A DNA stretch of 64,000 nt from Pseudomonadota bacterium (GCA_021325355.1 JAJPHI010000009.1:387144-451143); one strand, 5' to 3'. Counted from the stretch's first letter, positions 18,816-28,763 are shown. The notes: generated from the sequence alone by a model not told the origin. Program-made: numbers and translations.

Positions 18816-19784
18816 TCAGCCAATCACGTTGATTGGATGGCCCGAGACGAAGGCGCGGACGTTGGCAATCGCGGTGGCCAGCAGGCGGGCGCGGGCTTCA
18901 CGCGTCGCCCACGCCATATGAGGCGTCACGAGACAGTTCCGCGCGCTCAGCAGCGGATTGTCGGCGGGTGGCGGCTCCGCCGAAAGCACATCGACGGCCG
19001 CTCCCGCCAACCGCCCTGAATTGAGCGCCGCGGCCAGGTCCTGCTCGACGATGAGCGGACCCCGCGCGACATTGAGCAGGATTGCCGTCGGCTTCATCAG
19101 GGCGAGGGCGCCGGCATTGATCAACCCGCGCGTCGCCGGGGTCAGCGGGCAGTGCAGACTGATAACGTCGCTTTCGTGAAACAGCTCATCGACGCTAACC
19201 CAGCGAAAACCCGGCCATTCAGGGGGATCGGCGCGCCGACCGCTCGACGCGATGACGCGCATCCCGAACGCCGCCGCAATCGCGCCGACGCGTCGCCCAA
19301 TTCGCCCCAAACCAACGATGCCGAGGGTTTTACCGGCCAGCTCAACCAGCGGCGTCCGCCAGAAGCAGAAGTCCGGCGCCCGTGACCATTCCCCAGCGCG
19401 AACGGCGTCGGCATGCATCGCCACCCGCTGGCAAAGCTCGAGCAGCAGGGCGAAGGTGAACTGGGCGACCGAGTCGGTGCCGTAGCTGGGGACGTTGGTG
19501 ACGACGATCGCCTGCGCGCGCGCCGCCGCGAGGTCCACCACGTCGTAGCCGGTCGCGAGCACCCCGATATAGCGCAGCGCCGGCAGTTGCGCGAGCGTCG
19601 CACCGCGCAGCGGGGTCTTGTTGGTCAGCACAATATCGGCGTCAGCGGCGCGCGCAACGATTTGATCAAGCGGCGTGCGTTCGTACACCTGCAACGGGCC
19701 CACGGCGGTAAGCGGCCCCCAATCGAGGTCGCCGGGGTTGAGCGCGAAGCCGTCGAGCACGACCAGTTTGTGCGCGGGGGTCAT
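18816..19784 (-). CDS. D-isomer-specific 2-hydroxyacid dehydrogenase (glycerate or hydroxypyruvate reductase-like)
   Basis: NAD-binding 'GIVGLGRIGRRVGAIAAAFGMRV' and catalytic region motifs of the D-2-hydroxyacid dehydrogenase family. Confidence 0.85.
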   Translation of the reverse strand: MTPAHKLVVLDGFALNPGDLDWGPLTAVGPLQVYERTPLDQIVARAADADIVLTNKTPLRGATLAQLPALRYIGVLATGYDVVDLAAARAQAIVVTNVPSYGTDSVAQFTFALLLELCQRVAMHADAVRAGEWSRAPDFCFWRTPLVELAGKTLGIVGLGRIGRRVGAIAAAFGMRVIASSGRRADPPEWPGFRWVSVDELFHESDVISLHCPLTPATRGLINAGALALMKPTAILLNVARGPLIVEQDLAAALNSGRLAGAAVDVLSAEPPPADNPLLSARNCLVTPHMAWATREARARLLATAIANVRAFVSGHPINVIG

Positions 19785-20099
19785 CTCGCGAAATCAAGCT
19801 TAAATCAGCGGTAGCTCAATAATTCGGGAGAAGCCGGGCGCCGGCAACTCCTGGTTGCGGCCGTCCCCGTCGATGTTTCACGTGAAACATCGCCCGCGCC
19901 CCATTCTTCTCGGTTTTGTCCACAGGAAAATCGCGATCGCGACCAGTTGGGCCGCAATCGTCGCCCCTCAACCCTTGACCGCCGCCCGCGCCGGTTGTGC
20001 GCCAATTGCCGCATCGGGCCGCCGGCTAAAGATGCACGGCGCCGCGGTTTCTGCTCTGATCTCCTGACTAGGCTCGCATCTCATAAGAGGAGGGGGGCG

Positions 20100-20723
20100 G
20101 TGGGACATCCGACGCTGCGGTTCGAGCGCAAATTATGGGGAGCCGGCGCCCTTGCGATCGCCGGCGTGGACGAAGCGGGAGTCGGTCCGATGGCCGGGCC
20201 GGTAGTGGCTGCAGCGGTGATTTTCGCCCCCGAGCAATACGTGCCGGGGGTTAACGACTCGAAGCAATTGGCGGCAGAGCAGCGCGAAAGACTGTTCGAC
20301 AAAATTCATCGCCGCGCCGTGGCCATCGGGGTCGGCATGGCCACTCCGGCCGAAGTCGACGAACTGAATATCTACTGGGCGACGGCGCTCGCTCATGAAC
20401 GCGCGCTGCTCGCACTCAACCGGACGCCCGATCATGTGCTGGTCGATGGCCGCACGATCCCGGAGCTGAAAGTCCCGCAGACCCGCATCGTCGGCGGCGA
20501 TCGCAAGAGCTTCTCGATCGCCGCCGCCTCGATAATCGCCAAGGTGACGCGCGACCGCGCGATGATCGAATACGATGCGTTGTACCCGGAATTCGGCTTC
20601 GCCCGCCACAAGGGCTACTGCACCGCCGATCATTTCGCCGCCCTCGCGCGCCTCGGTCCGACGCCCATCCATCGGCGCTCGTTCGCGCCGGTATGGGAAG
20701 CGGCGCAGCGGCGGCTGTTCTAA
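20100..20723 (+). CDS. rnhB: Ribonuclease HII
   Basis: 'IAGVDEAGVGPMAGPVVAAAVIF' RNase HII active-site region. Proposed GTG start at 20100 with AGGAGG Shine-Dalgarno at 20087-20092. The ORF track 5' extension is probably not translated. Confidence 0.85.
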   Translation: MGHPTLRFERKLWGAGALAIAGVDEAGVGPMAGPVVAAAVIFAPEQYVPGVNDSKQLAAEQRERLFDKIHRRAVAIGVGMATPAEVDELNIYWATALAHERALLALNRTPDHVLVDGRTIPELKVPQTRIVGGDRKSFSIAAASIIAKVTRDRAMIEYDALYPEFGFARHKGYCTADHFAALARLGPTPIHRRSFAPVWEAAQRRLF

Positions 20724-20753
20724 GGGACGCGGTGAACGCTCCGGCACGATCGC

Positions 20754-21977
20754 ATGCGGCGATGGTGGTACGCCATCCCGGCTGAGGCCGGCGTATTGAT
20801 CGGGACGCGCGCGCTGCGCGGCTTTGCTGACGGCGCGGTCAGCGTCCTCTTGCCCGTCTACCTCGCGCGGATTGGCTTCAGCGCGCTGGGGATAAGCGCG
20901 ATCGTGTTCGGCACGCTGCTCGGCTCGGCCGCCCTGACCTTGAGCGTGGGGCTGCTCGGCTATCGCAGCGATCCGCGACGGATCCTTCTCGGGGCGGCGG
21001 CCCTGATGCTGGCGACGGGCGTTGGCTTCTTCAGCCTCACGAGCTTCTGGCCGCTGTTTTTCGTCGCGGTGGTCGGCACGTTGAACCCTTCGGCGGGAGA
21101 CGTCAGTCTGTTCCTGCCGGCGGAGCAAAGCCTGATCGCGGAAGCGGTCCCGATCGCGCATCTGACCCGGATCTTCGCGCTCTATAATCTCGGCGGGGCG
21201 CTGGCGGGCGCGCTGGGGGCTCTCGCCGCGGGCCTGCCGAGCGTAATCGCCGCGCAGTATCACCTGCCTGCCGTGGTGACCGAGCGCTGCGTTTTCCTGG
21301 TGTACGCGGCCTGCGCCCTGCCGGCGGCGACGCTCTACCTGCGCCTCGGCCCGCGTTTACGACCGTCGGCCGATCCCGTGCGACCGCTGGGCCGCTCGCG
21401 CGCGATCGTAATCAGGCTCGCGGCGCTGTTCAGCCTCGACGCCTTCGGCGGCGGCTTCGTCGTGCAATCGATGCTCGCCTTGTGGCTGCTGCGGCGCTTC
21501 GCGCTGCCGGCGGCGACGGTGGGGGCATTCTTCTTCGCGGCCAACGCGTGCGGGGCTTTGGCGCAGTTGGCCTCGGGAACGATAGCCGCGCGAATCGGCC
21601 GCGTCCGCACCATGGTTTACACCCATATCCCGTCGAATGGCTGCCTGATTGTGGCCGCCCTGATGGATCGCCCGGCGGCGGCGCTCGCTTTCCTCTTCCT
21701 GCGCGCTGCCACCTCGTCGATGGATGTTCCGGCGCGGCAATCCTATGTAATGGCGATGGTCACGCCGGAGGAGCGAGCGGCCGCGGCGAGCGTTACCGCC
21801 GTACCGCGCAGTCTCGCCGCCGCGCTCGCGCCGTTGCCGGCCGGCGCGATGCTCGAAGCGACGGCGTTCGGCTGGCCGCTGGTTTGCGCCGGCGCGCTCA
21901 AGCTTGCCTATGACCTGCTGCTGCTCGCCCAGTTCCGCAGCGCGCGTCCGGCCGACGAGCAACCCACTACCGCTTGA
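20754..21977 (+). CDS. MFS transporter
   Basis: 12-TM-like hydrophobicity pattern and Gly-rich motifs typical of the major facilitator superfamily. Confidence 0.75.
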   Translation: MRRWWYAIPAEAGVLIGTRALRGFADGAVSVLLPVYLARIGFSALGISAIVFGTLLGSAALTLSVGLLGYRSDPRRILLGAAALMLATGVGFFSLTSFWPLFFVAVVGTLNPSAGDVSLFLPAEQSLIAEAVPIAHLTRIFALYNLGGALAGALGALAAGLPSVIAAQYHLPAVVTERCVFLVYAACALPAATLYLRLGPRLRPSADPVRPLGRSRAIVIRLAALFSLDAFGGGFVVQSMLALWLLRRFALPAATVGAFFFAANACGALAQLASGTIAARIGRVRTMVYTHIPSNGCLIVAALMDRPAAALAFLFLRAATSSMDVPARQSYVMAMVTPEERAAAASVTAVPRSLAAALAPLPAGAMLEATAFGWPLVCAGALKLAYDLLLLAQFRSARPADEQPTTA

Positions 21978-22086
21978 TCGCGCGCGACACCTTACACGAG
22001 TTGTGCGATTGCGTTAGTGTTCAGATGAAGCACTGGCGGGGCGAATCTTGGAGCCGTAAGCAGCCTGCCGGCGCCGGGAGTTGAGG

Positions 22087-23112
22087 ATGGCCCTGGAACG
22101 CGAAAAGCATATCGCTGAGCGCGCCCTGCTCACGATGGATGACGTTCAGATCATCGATCTCTATCGACGCATGGTGCTCATCCGTCGTTTCGAGGAAAAG
22201 ACCGCCGAGATGTACTCGCGCGGCAAGATTACCGGCTTCTGCCATCTCTATGCCGGCGAGGAAGCGGTCGCGGTCGGCGCTATCGCCGCGCTCTACGACA
22301 AGGACTACGTCGTTTCGACCTACCGTGAACACGGTCACTGCCTCGCCAAGGGCGCGGCGCCGCGCGCGGTCATGGCGGAACTGTTCGGCAAGGCGACCGG
22401 CATCTCGCGCGGTCATGGCGGCTCGATGCATCTGTTCGACGCCAACCTGCGCTTCATGGGCGGCTATGCGATCGTCGGCGGCGGCCTGCCGATCGCCGCC
22501 GGTCTTGGTCTCGCGGTCAAGTACCGCGAGGAGCCCGAGGTGGTGTGCTGTTTCTTCGGCGACGGCGCGCTGCCGCAGGGCGCCTTCCACGAAAGTCTCA
22601 ATCTCGCTTCGCTGTGGAAGCTGCCGGTCGTGTTCATCTGCGAAAATAACTTCTACGGCATGGGCACGATGGTGCAGAACGCCATCTGCCAGGAGGAGCT
22701 CTACCGCTTCGCCGAACCCTACAAGATGCCGGGCGTGCGGGTTGACGGCATGAACGTGCTCGAGGTTTACCAGGCGACGGTGGAGGCCGCCGCCCGCGCG
22801 CGCGAAGGCGACGGCCCCTCGCTGATCGAAGCCGTGACGTATCGCTTCCGCGGCCACTCGATGTCCGATCCGGCCGAGTATCGGTCGCGCCGCGAGGAGC
22901 GGATCTGGCAGGAGCGCGACCCGATCAAGCAACTGCGGCGCAAGCTGTTGCAGGATCGGCGCGCCGACGAAAATCAGTTAACCACAGTCGAAACCGAGGT
23001 TAACGCGATTATCGAGGATGCGGTCAGATTCGCCGAGGAGAGTCCCGAACCGGCCCTCGACACCCTCGGCAAGCTGGTTTACGTCGAGGACGACGGCACC
23101 GCGCAGTCCTGA
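22087..23112 (+). CDS. pdhA: Pyruvate/2-oxoacid dehydrogenase E1 component alpha subunit (TPP-dependent)
   Basis: 'YRRMVLIRRFEEKTAEMYSRGKITGFCHLYAGEEAVAVG' and TPP-binding 'GDGALPQGAFHESLNLASLWKLPVVFICENN'. Confidence 0.9.
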   Translation: MALEREKHIAERALLTMDDVQIIDLYRRMVLIRRFEEKTAEMYSRGKITGFCHLYAGEEAVAVGAIAALYDKDYVVSTYREHGHCLAKGAAPRAVMAELFGKATGISRGHGGSMHLFDANLRFMGGYAIVGGGLPIAAGLGLAVKYREEPEVVCCFFGDGALPQGAFHESLNLASLWKLPVVFICENNFYGMGTMVQNAICQEELYRFAEPYKMPGVRVDGMNVLEVYQATVEAAARAREGDGPSLIEAVTYRFRGHSMSDPAEYRSRREERIWQERDPIKQLRRKLLQDRRADENQLTTVETEVNAIIEDAVRFAEESPEPALDTLGKLVYVEDDGTAQS

Positions 23113-23207
23113 GGAAGTTTTGAAAGAAAGGATCAGCAGCGTCACGCGCCGCGGCCTTTAGCCGGACCGCCAGAGGCGCAGGATGACGGGATCGCGGAAT
23201 CATCAAG

Positions 23208-24179
23208 ATGGCTGAAATCACTTATCGGGAAGCGCTCAATCAGGCGTTGCGCGAGGAGCTCGACCACGACGAGCGGGTCTTTATCATGGGCGAAGAGGTC
23301 GGCTACTTCGGCGGCGCCTTCAAGGTCACCGACGGTCTGCTCGCCACCTTCGGCGAAAAGCGCGTGCGCGACACGCCGATCTCCGAACTGACCATCGTCG
23401 GCGCCGGGGTGGGCGCGGCGATGGGCGGACTCAAGCCCATCGTCGAGCTGATGACCATCAATTTCGGCCTGCTGGCCTTCGATCAGATCGTCAACTCGGC
23501 GGCGAAGATTCATTACATGTTCGGCGGCAATGCCAAGGTGCCGATGGTGATACGGGCGCCGCAGGGCGCGGGTCATCAGCTCGGCGCGCAGCACAGTCAG
23601 AGTCTCGAGGCCTACTTCCTGCATTGCCCCGGGCTGCGCGTGGTCATCCCGGCAACCCCGGCCGACGCCAAGGGTCTGCTCAAAAGCTGCGTCCGCCAGG
23701 ACGATCCCGTGATGTTTCTCGAACACGAGTCGCTCTACGGCGTCAAGGGCGAGGTTCCCGACGGTGAGCATTTCGTGCCGCTGGGCCAAGCCAACGTCAT
23801 GCGCGAAGGCAAGGACGTCACGCTCATCTCCTACTCGAAATGCGTCTATGACGCGATCGCCGCCGCCGAAGCCCTCGAAAATGAGGGCATCGATGCCGAG
23901 GTGATCGATTTGCGCACGCTTAATCCGCTCGATATCGGCACGGTGGTCGAATCGGTGAAAAAGACCGCCCGGGCGATCATGGTGTACGAAGGCTGGCGGA
24001 CGGGCGGCGCCGGCGCCGAAATCGCCGCGCAGATCTACGAGGCCGCCTTCGACCATCTGGACGCGCCGGTCGAACGCGTCGCCACGCTGGATACGCCGAT
24101 GCCGTACAATGCGCGCCTCGAACGCGCGGCGCTGCCCAGCGCCGCCCAGATCGTGCAGGCGGCCGAGCGTCTGATGTAA
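23208..24179 (+). CDS. pdhB: Pyruvate/2-oxoacid dehydrogenase E1 component beta subunit
   Basis: 'ITYREALNQALREELDHDERVFIMGEEVGYFGGAFKVT' transketolase-like E1 beta signature. Confidence 0.9.
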   Translation: MAEITYREALNQALREELDHDERVFIMGEEVGYFGGAFKVTDGLLATFGEKRVRDTPISELTIVGAGVGAAMGGLKPIVELMTINFGLLAFDQIVNSAAKIHYMFGGNAKVPMVIRAPQGAGHQLGAQHSQSLEAYFLHCPGLRVVIPATPADAKGLLKSCVRQDDPVMFLEHESLYGVKGEVPDGEHFVPLGQANVMREGKDVTLISYSKCVYDAIAAAEALENEGIDAEVIDLRTLNPLDIGTVVESVKKTARAIMVYEGWRTGGAGAEIAAQIYEAAFDHLDAPVERVATLDTPMPYNARLERAALPSAAQIVQAAERLM

Positions 24180-24226
24180 AAAGTGACCGGGGCCGTCCCG
24201 CAGGCGGCCCACCCTAAGGACCGTCC

Positions 24227-25681
24227 ATGAGCAGTGAAATCACGATGCCCAAGCTTTCCGACACCATGTAGGAAGGCAAGATTCTTCGATGGTTGAAGCG
24301 TCCGGGCGACCAGGTGCATCACGGCGATGCGCTGGCCGAGGTCGAGACCGACAAGGCCGACATGGTGATGGAGTCCTTCGACGACGGCGTGCTGGAAGAA
24401 ATTCGTCTCAAGGAAGGCGAGTCCGCGCCGGTTGGCGCCGTGATCGCCGTGCTGCGACCGCTCAACGGCGAGAGCGCCGCGACCGCGCCGCGCGCCGAAG
24501 CCCCTGCCGAAGCTCCGGCGGACGCCGCGACGGCTCCGACCCTAAGTTCCGCGCGGCCCGAACGGGTAACGACGCTCGAACCGTCCCGCCGACGACGCCG
24601 CAGTGAGGCTGCGTCGGCGTCGCGGGGCCGCCAGGAGGTCGATGCGAACCCTGCCGCCGACCAGCAGGGCGCGGAGGACGATGGCGCCGAGACGGCGCCT
24701 GCCCGTCCGGTGGTCCATCCGGCGATGAGCGCGCATCCGTCGGCCGCACCGACCGCTATCGTCGCGCCGCCGGCGCCCAGTCAAGCGCCGGCGATGGAGG
24801 TTGCGGTCGTGACCGACGGCAGCAAGCTCCGCGCTTCGCCGCTCGCGCGGCGCGCCGCCGAAGAGGCCGGCATCGACCTCGCCGCGATCCGCGGGACCGG
24901 ACCCGAGGGGCGCATCACCAAGCGCGATGTCGATAACTTTATCCGCGAGCAGCAGCTTTTCCGTTTCCGCCGCCTGGTCGCGCCGCGCGAGGGACTACCC
25001 GGCACGCGCGAAGAGCTCTCCAAGATGCGCAAGACGATTGCCAACCGGATGGCGCAATCGAAGCGCGAAATCCCGCATTTCTATGTCACCGTCGAAGTGG
25101 ATATGGAGGAGGTGGTGCGGCTCAAGAAGTCGCTCGAAACCACCGAGCTCTTCGATCAGAACATCACCTACAACGACATCATCATCAAGGCGACCGCGCT
25201 CGCCCTCGCTCGCTATACGCGCATGAACGCGAGCTACCAGGACGAGGGCATCGTCATCTACCCGAACATCAATATCGGGATGGCGGTGGCGGTCGAGGAC
25301 GGCCTCATCGTTCCGGTGATCCACAATTGCGAGCGGCTCACTCTGCCGCAGATCGCTGAGGCGGCGCGGCGGCTGGTCGGCAAGGCCGCGCGTGGCGGCT
25401 TCAGCGGCGACGATCTCTCGGGGGCCACCTTCACGATCTCGAACATGGGGATGCTCGGCGTCGAGCACTTTGCCGCGGTGATCGTGCCGCCGCAGGCGGC
25501 GATTCTCGCCGTGAGCGCGGTCAAGGATCGTCCGGTCGTGCGCGACGGTCAGGTGGTGGTCGGCAAAACCATGATGATCACCGTCGCCTGTGACCATCGC
25601 ATCATCGACGGCGTGGTCGGCGCGCGTTTCGTCAACGAGATCAAACGCTTCCTCGAAAACCCGGCGAGTCTGCTGGTCTAA
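24227..25681 (+). CDS. Dihydrolipoamide acetyltransferase E2 (lipoyl domain + PSBD + catalytic domain), reading frame interrupted by an in-frame TAG at 24269-24271
   Basis: ATG at 24227 with AAGGA RBS gives 'MSSEITMPKLSDTM*EGKILRWLKRPGDQ...ETDKA'. Lipoyl-lysine motif DKA, PSBD 'SPLARRAAEEAGIDLAAIRGTGPEGRITKRDV', and catalytic 'DHRIIDG' present. The ORF track calls only the TTG-initiated remainder (24293-25681). Confidence 0.8.
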
Positions 25682-25707
25682 CCGTTCTTGCGAGCACAGG
25701 GTGAATC

Positions 25708-27117
25708 TTGCCTAACCAGCGCTACGATTTAATCGTTATCGGTTCGGGGCCGGGTGGCTACGTGGCGGCAATCCGCGCGAGCCAGCTCAAGATGCGGGTC
25801 GCCGTGATCGAGCGCGATCGGCCGGGCGGCGTCTGCCTCAACTGGGGCTGTATCCCGAGCAAGGCGCTGCTCAACTCGGCCGAAGCGATGGACACGATTC
25901 GCACCGCGGCGCAGGAGCACGGTATCGCCACGGGTGAGGTGCGGGTCGATTTCAAACGCGTGATTGCCCGCAGCCGCGAGGCCGCCGACAAGCTGTCGAA
26001 GGGCGTGCGCTTCCTTTTGCGCAAGAACAAGGTCGATTACTTCGAGGCGCACGCGACGCTCGCCGGACCCCATGCCGTGGCGCTCGCTGCCTCGCCCGGC
26101 AAACCGAATCCGCCGGCGGCGACGCTCGAGGCCGAGCGCATTCTTATCGCAGCCGGGTCGGGCGAACGGCTGTTTCCGGGCATGACTATCGGCAACGGCG
26201 TGATGACCAGCCGCGAAGCGCTGGTTCACGACACCCTGCCCGCGAGTATCGTGATCATCGGCGCGGGCGCGATCGGCCTCGAATTCGGCTATTTCTACAG
26301 CGCCTTCGGCACCGCGGTCACAATCGTTGAACTGGAAAAGCAGATGCTGCCGGGTTTCGATGCCGAGATCGCCGAAGAGTTGCGCAAGGCCTTCCTCAAG
26401 CGCGGCGCCACCGTGATGCTCGGTCATGGCTACAAGTCGATGACGCGCAAGGGCGGCGGCTGGCGGGTCGCGCTCGACGCCGCCGGCACCGCCGCATCCG
26501 TCGAAGCCGAATGCGTACTGGTGGCGGTCGGCCGCGCTCCCCTCAGCACCGACCTCGGGCTCGAGCGGGTCGGCGTCGAGGTCGAGCGCGGCTATATCAA
26601 AATCGACGACTCCTTCCGGACGACCTGCCCGAGTATCTATGCGATAGGCGACGTCGCGCGGATGCCGCTGCTCGCGCACAAGGCCTCGGCCGAAGGCGTC
26701 GCCGCGGTCGAGATCATGGCGGGCGCGCGCGAACCGGGCTTCGACCTGCTCGCGATCCCGGGATGCATCTACTGCGAGCCGGAGGTCGCGACCGTCGGCC
26801 TCTCCGAGGCGCAGGCGCGCGAGCGCGGTATCGACGTGACGGTCGGCAAGTTTCCGTTTCGCGCCAACGGCAAGGCAGTTGCCGTGAATCAGACCGAGGG
26901 CTTCGTCAAACTGGTCGCGAGCAAGCAATACGGCGAGGTGCTCGGCTGCCAGATCATCGGCCATCACGCGACCGACCTCATCTCGGAGGTGGTGCTTGGC
27001 CGCACGCTCGAAACCACAACCGCCGAAATCGGCCGCAGTATCCATCCGCATCCGACGCTTTCCGAGGCGATCATGGAAGCGGCGCTGTCGGCCGAAGGCG
27101 AGGCTATCAATTTCTAG
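25708..27117 (+). CDS. lpdA: Dihydrolipoyl dehydrogenase (E3)
   Basis: FAD motif 'YDLIVIGSGPGGYVAAIRA', redox disulfide 'GGVCLNWGCIPSK', C-terminal His-Glu dimer-interface motif. Ends with TAG. Confidence 0.9.
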   Translation: MPNQRYDLIVIGSGPGGYVAAIRASQLKMRVAVIERDRPGGVCLNWGCIPSKALLNSAEAMDTIRTAAQEHGIATGEVRVDFKRVIARSREAADKLSKGVRFLLRKNKVDYFEAHATLAGPHAVALAASPGKPNPPAATLEAERILIAAGSGERLFPGMTIGNGVMTSREALVHDTLPASIVIIGAGAIGLEFGYFYSAFGTAVTIVELEKQMLPGFDAEIAEELRKAFLKRGATVMLGHGYKSMTRKGGGWRVALDAAGTAASVEAECVLVAVGRAPLSTDLGLERVGVEVERGYIKIDDSFRTTCPSIYAIGDVARMPLLAHKASAEGVAAVEIMAGAREPGFDLLAIPGCIYCEPEVATVGLSEAQARERGIDVTVGKFPFRANGKAVAVNQTEGFVKLVASKQYGEVLGCQIIGHHATDLISEVVLGRTLETTTAEIGRSIHPHPTLSEAIMEAALSAEGEAINF

Positions 27118-27122
27118 GTGCG

Positions 27123-27896
27123 ATGAACGAAGCGATGGTCAGAACGCCTGCTGCCACGGCGGCGTCGAGTCCCAGCGGACAGCCGCGCGAGCCCTCCCGG
27201 GGGCGGACGCTCCGCGTCGCCCGACTCGGCGTGCTCGACTATGCGGCGGCGCTCGATCGGCAGTACGCGCTGGTCGAGGCGCGGCTGCGCGAGCGGGTTC
27301 CCGACACGCTGCTGCTGCTCGAGCATCCGCACGTCTATACGCTCGGGCGCGGCGCCGACGAGCGCTTCATCCTCGACCGCCGTGGCAACGTTCCGCTTCA
27401 TCGGGTGTCGCGCGGCGGCCAGGTGACCTATCACGGCCCGGGACAGCTCGTCGGCTATCCTATTCTTCGGCTGGAGGGCGCCGCGCGCGACGTTTTGCGC
27501 TACCTGCGCAATCTTGAACAGGTCATGATCGACGCGCTGGCGGACTGCGGGATTAGCGCCGGGCGCCGCACGGGTCTGACCGGCGTCTGGGTCGGCGACG
27601 CCAAGATTGCCTCGATCGGCGTCGGCCTCCGCCGCTGGGTGACGCTCCACGGCTTTGCGCTCAACGTCAGCACCGACCTGCGCTACTTCGACCGTATCGT
27701 GCCCTGCGGTATCGAGGGCTGCCGGATGACGTCGATTGCCGCGCTGGGTCGGTCCGCGATTTCGGTGGAAGCCTTCGCGGCGATGATCACCCGCGCCTTC
27801 GCTGCGGTTTTCGGCTACGATCGCCTCGAGGAAGTCGGCGCCGAGGATCTTTCGCGAACCCTGCAGGACGCATCGGCGGCGCCCGCGGCCGCATGA
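27123..27896 (+). CDS. lipB: Octanoyltransferase (lipoyl(octanoyl) transferase)
   Basis: 'LLLLEHPHVYTLGRGADERFI...RGGQVTYHGPGQLVGYPIL...KIASIGVGLRRWVTLHGFALNV' LipB signature. It is only the C-terminal part of the long ORF called at 26511-27896. Confidence 0.85.
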   Translation: MNEAMVRTPAATAASSPSGQPREPSRGRTLRVARLGVLDYAAALDRQYALVEARLRERVPDTLLLLEHPHVYTLGRGADERFILDRRGNVPLHRVSRGGQVTYHGPGQLVGYPILRLEGAARDVLRYLRNLEQVMIDALADCGISAGRRTGLTGVWVGDAKIASIGVGLRRWVTLHGFALNVSTDLRYFDRIVPCGIEGCRMTSIAALGRSAISVEAFAAMITRAFAAVFGYDRLEEVGAEDLSRTLQDASAAPAAA

Positions 27897-27899
27897 TCG

Positions 27900-28763
27900 A
27901 TGAACGAACGTCGCCATCCTGATTGGATCAAAGTCCGGGCGCCGGTCTCGCCGGAGTACTTTCGCACCCGCGCGACGCTGGCCGAGCTGAAGCTGCATAC
28001 GGTCTGCCAGGAGGCCTGCTGTCCCAATATCGGCGAATGCTTCGGTCATCGCACGGCCACCTTCATGCTGATGGGCGACGTCTGCACCCGCAATTGTCCG
28101 TATTGTGCCGTGGCGCATGGCAAGGTGCGGCCGCTCGATGCCGACGAGCCCCGGCGGATCGCCGAGGCGGTGGCCCGCCTGGGACTTCAGCATGTGGTTG
28201 TCACGTCGGTGGATCGCGATGACCTGCCGGACGGCGGCGCGGCGCACTTCGCGGCGACCGCTCAGGCGATTAAGGCGGCGATGCCGAGCGCGCGCATCGA
28301 GGTGCTCGTACCGGATTTCAAAGGCGCCCTGCCGAGCGTCGAAACCGTCGTCAACGCGCCGGTGGATATCTACAATCACAATATCGAGACGGTGCCGAGC
28401 CTCTACCGGCGATGCCGTCCGGGCGGCCGCTACGAAGTCTCGCTCGCGGTCCTCGATCACGCCAAACGCTATGCGCGGACGCAGGGACGGGCGACCCTGA
28501 CGAAGGCCGGCCTGATGCTCGGACTGGGCGAAGCGCGGGACGAGCTGCTGCAGGTGCTGCGCGACTTGCGCGCCGTCGAGTGCGATATCCTGACGCTCGG
28601 GCAGTATCTCCGGCCGAGCCGCGATCATCTGCCGGTGGTCCGGTACGTTCATCCCGACGAGTTCGCCGAGCTGCGGGCGACGGCGCTCGCGCTCGGCTTC
28701 CGCCACGTCGAATCCGGACCGCTGGTGCGCAGTTCCTATCACGCCTGGTCCCAGGTACCGTGA
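27900..28763 (+). CDS. lipA: Lipoyl synthase
   Basis: Two Cys clusters, 'CQEACCPNIGEC' and 'CTRNCPYCAV' (radical SAM CxxxCxxC). Confidence 0.9.
   Translation: MNERRHPDWIKVRAPVSPEYFRTRATLAELKLHTVCQEACCPNIGECFGHRTATFMLMGDVCTRNCPYCAVAHGKVRPLDADEPRRIAEAVARLGLQHVVVTSVDRDDLPDGGAAHFAATAQAIKAAMPSARIEVLVPDFKGALPSVETVVNAPVDIYNHNIETVPSLYRRCRPGGRYEVSLAVLDHAKRYARTQGRATLTKAGLMLGLGEARDELLQVLRDLRAVECDILTLGQYLRPSRDHLPVVRYVHPDEFAELRATALALGFRHVESGPLVRSSYHAWSQVP

Noticed and set aside
19871-19892. Rex (redox repressor) operator assignment for the 22-bp palindrome
   Set aside because: Rex sites are TTGTGAA-N4-TTCACAA. Here the half-sites are inverted (TTTCAC-GTGAAA around a CACGTG core), so it does not fit.
24269-24271. 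Possibility that TAG is recoded genome-wide (sense codon), which would explain the E2 in-frame TAG
   Set aside because: lpdA in the same operon terminates at a TAG (27115-27117) at the expected position, so TAG functions as a stop here.
26511-27896. 461-aa plus-strand ORF overlapping the 3' half of lpdA
   Set aside because: Only the C-terminal 258 aa (from ATG 27123) match LipB. The upstream part is an out-of-frame Arg-rich read-through of lpdA.
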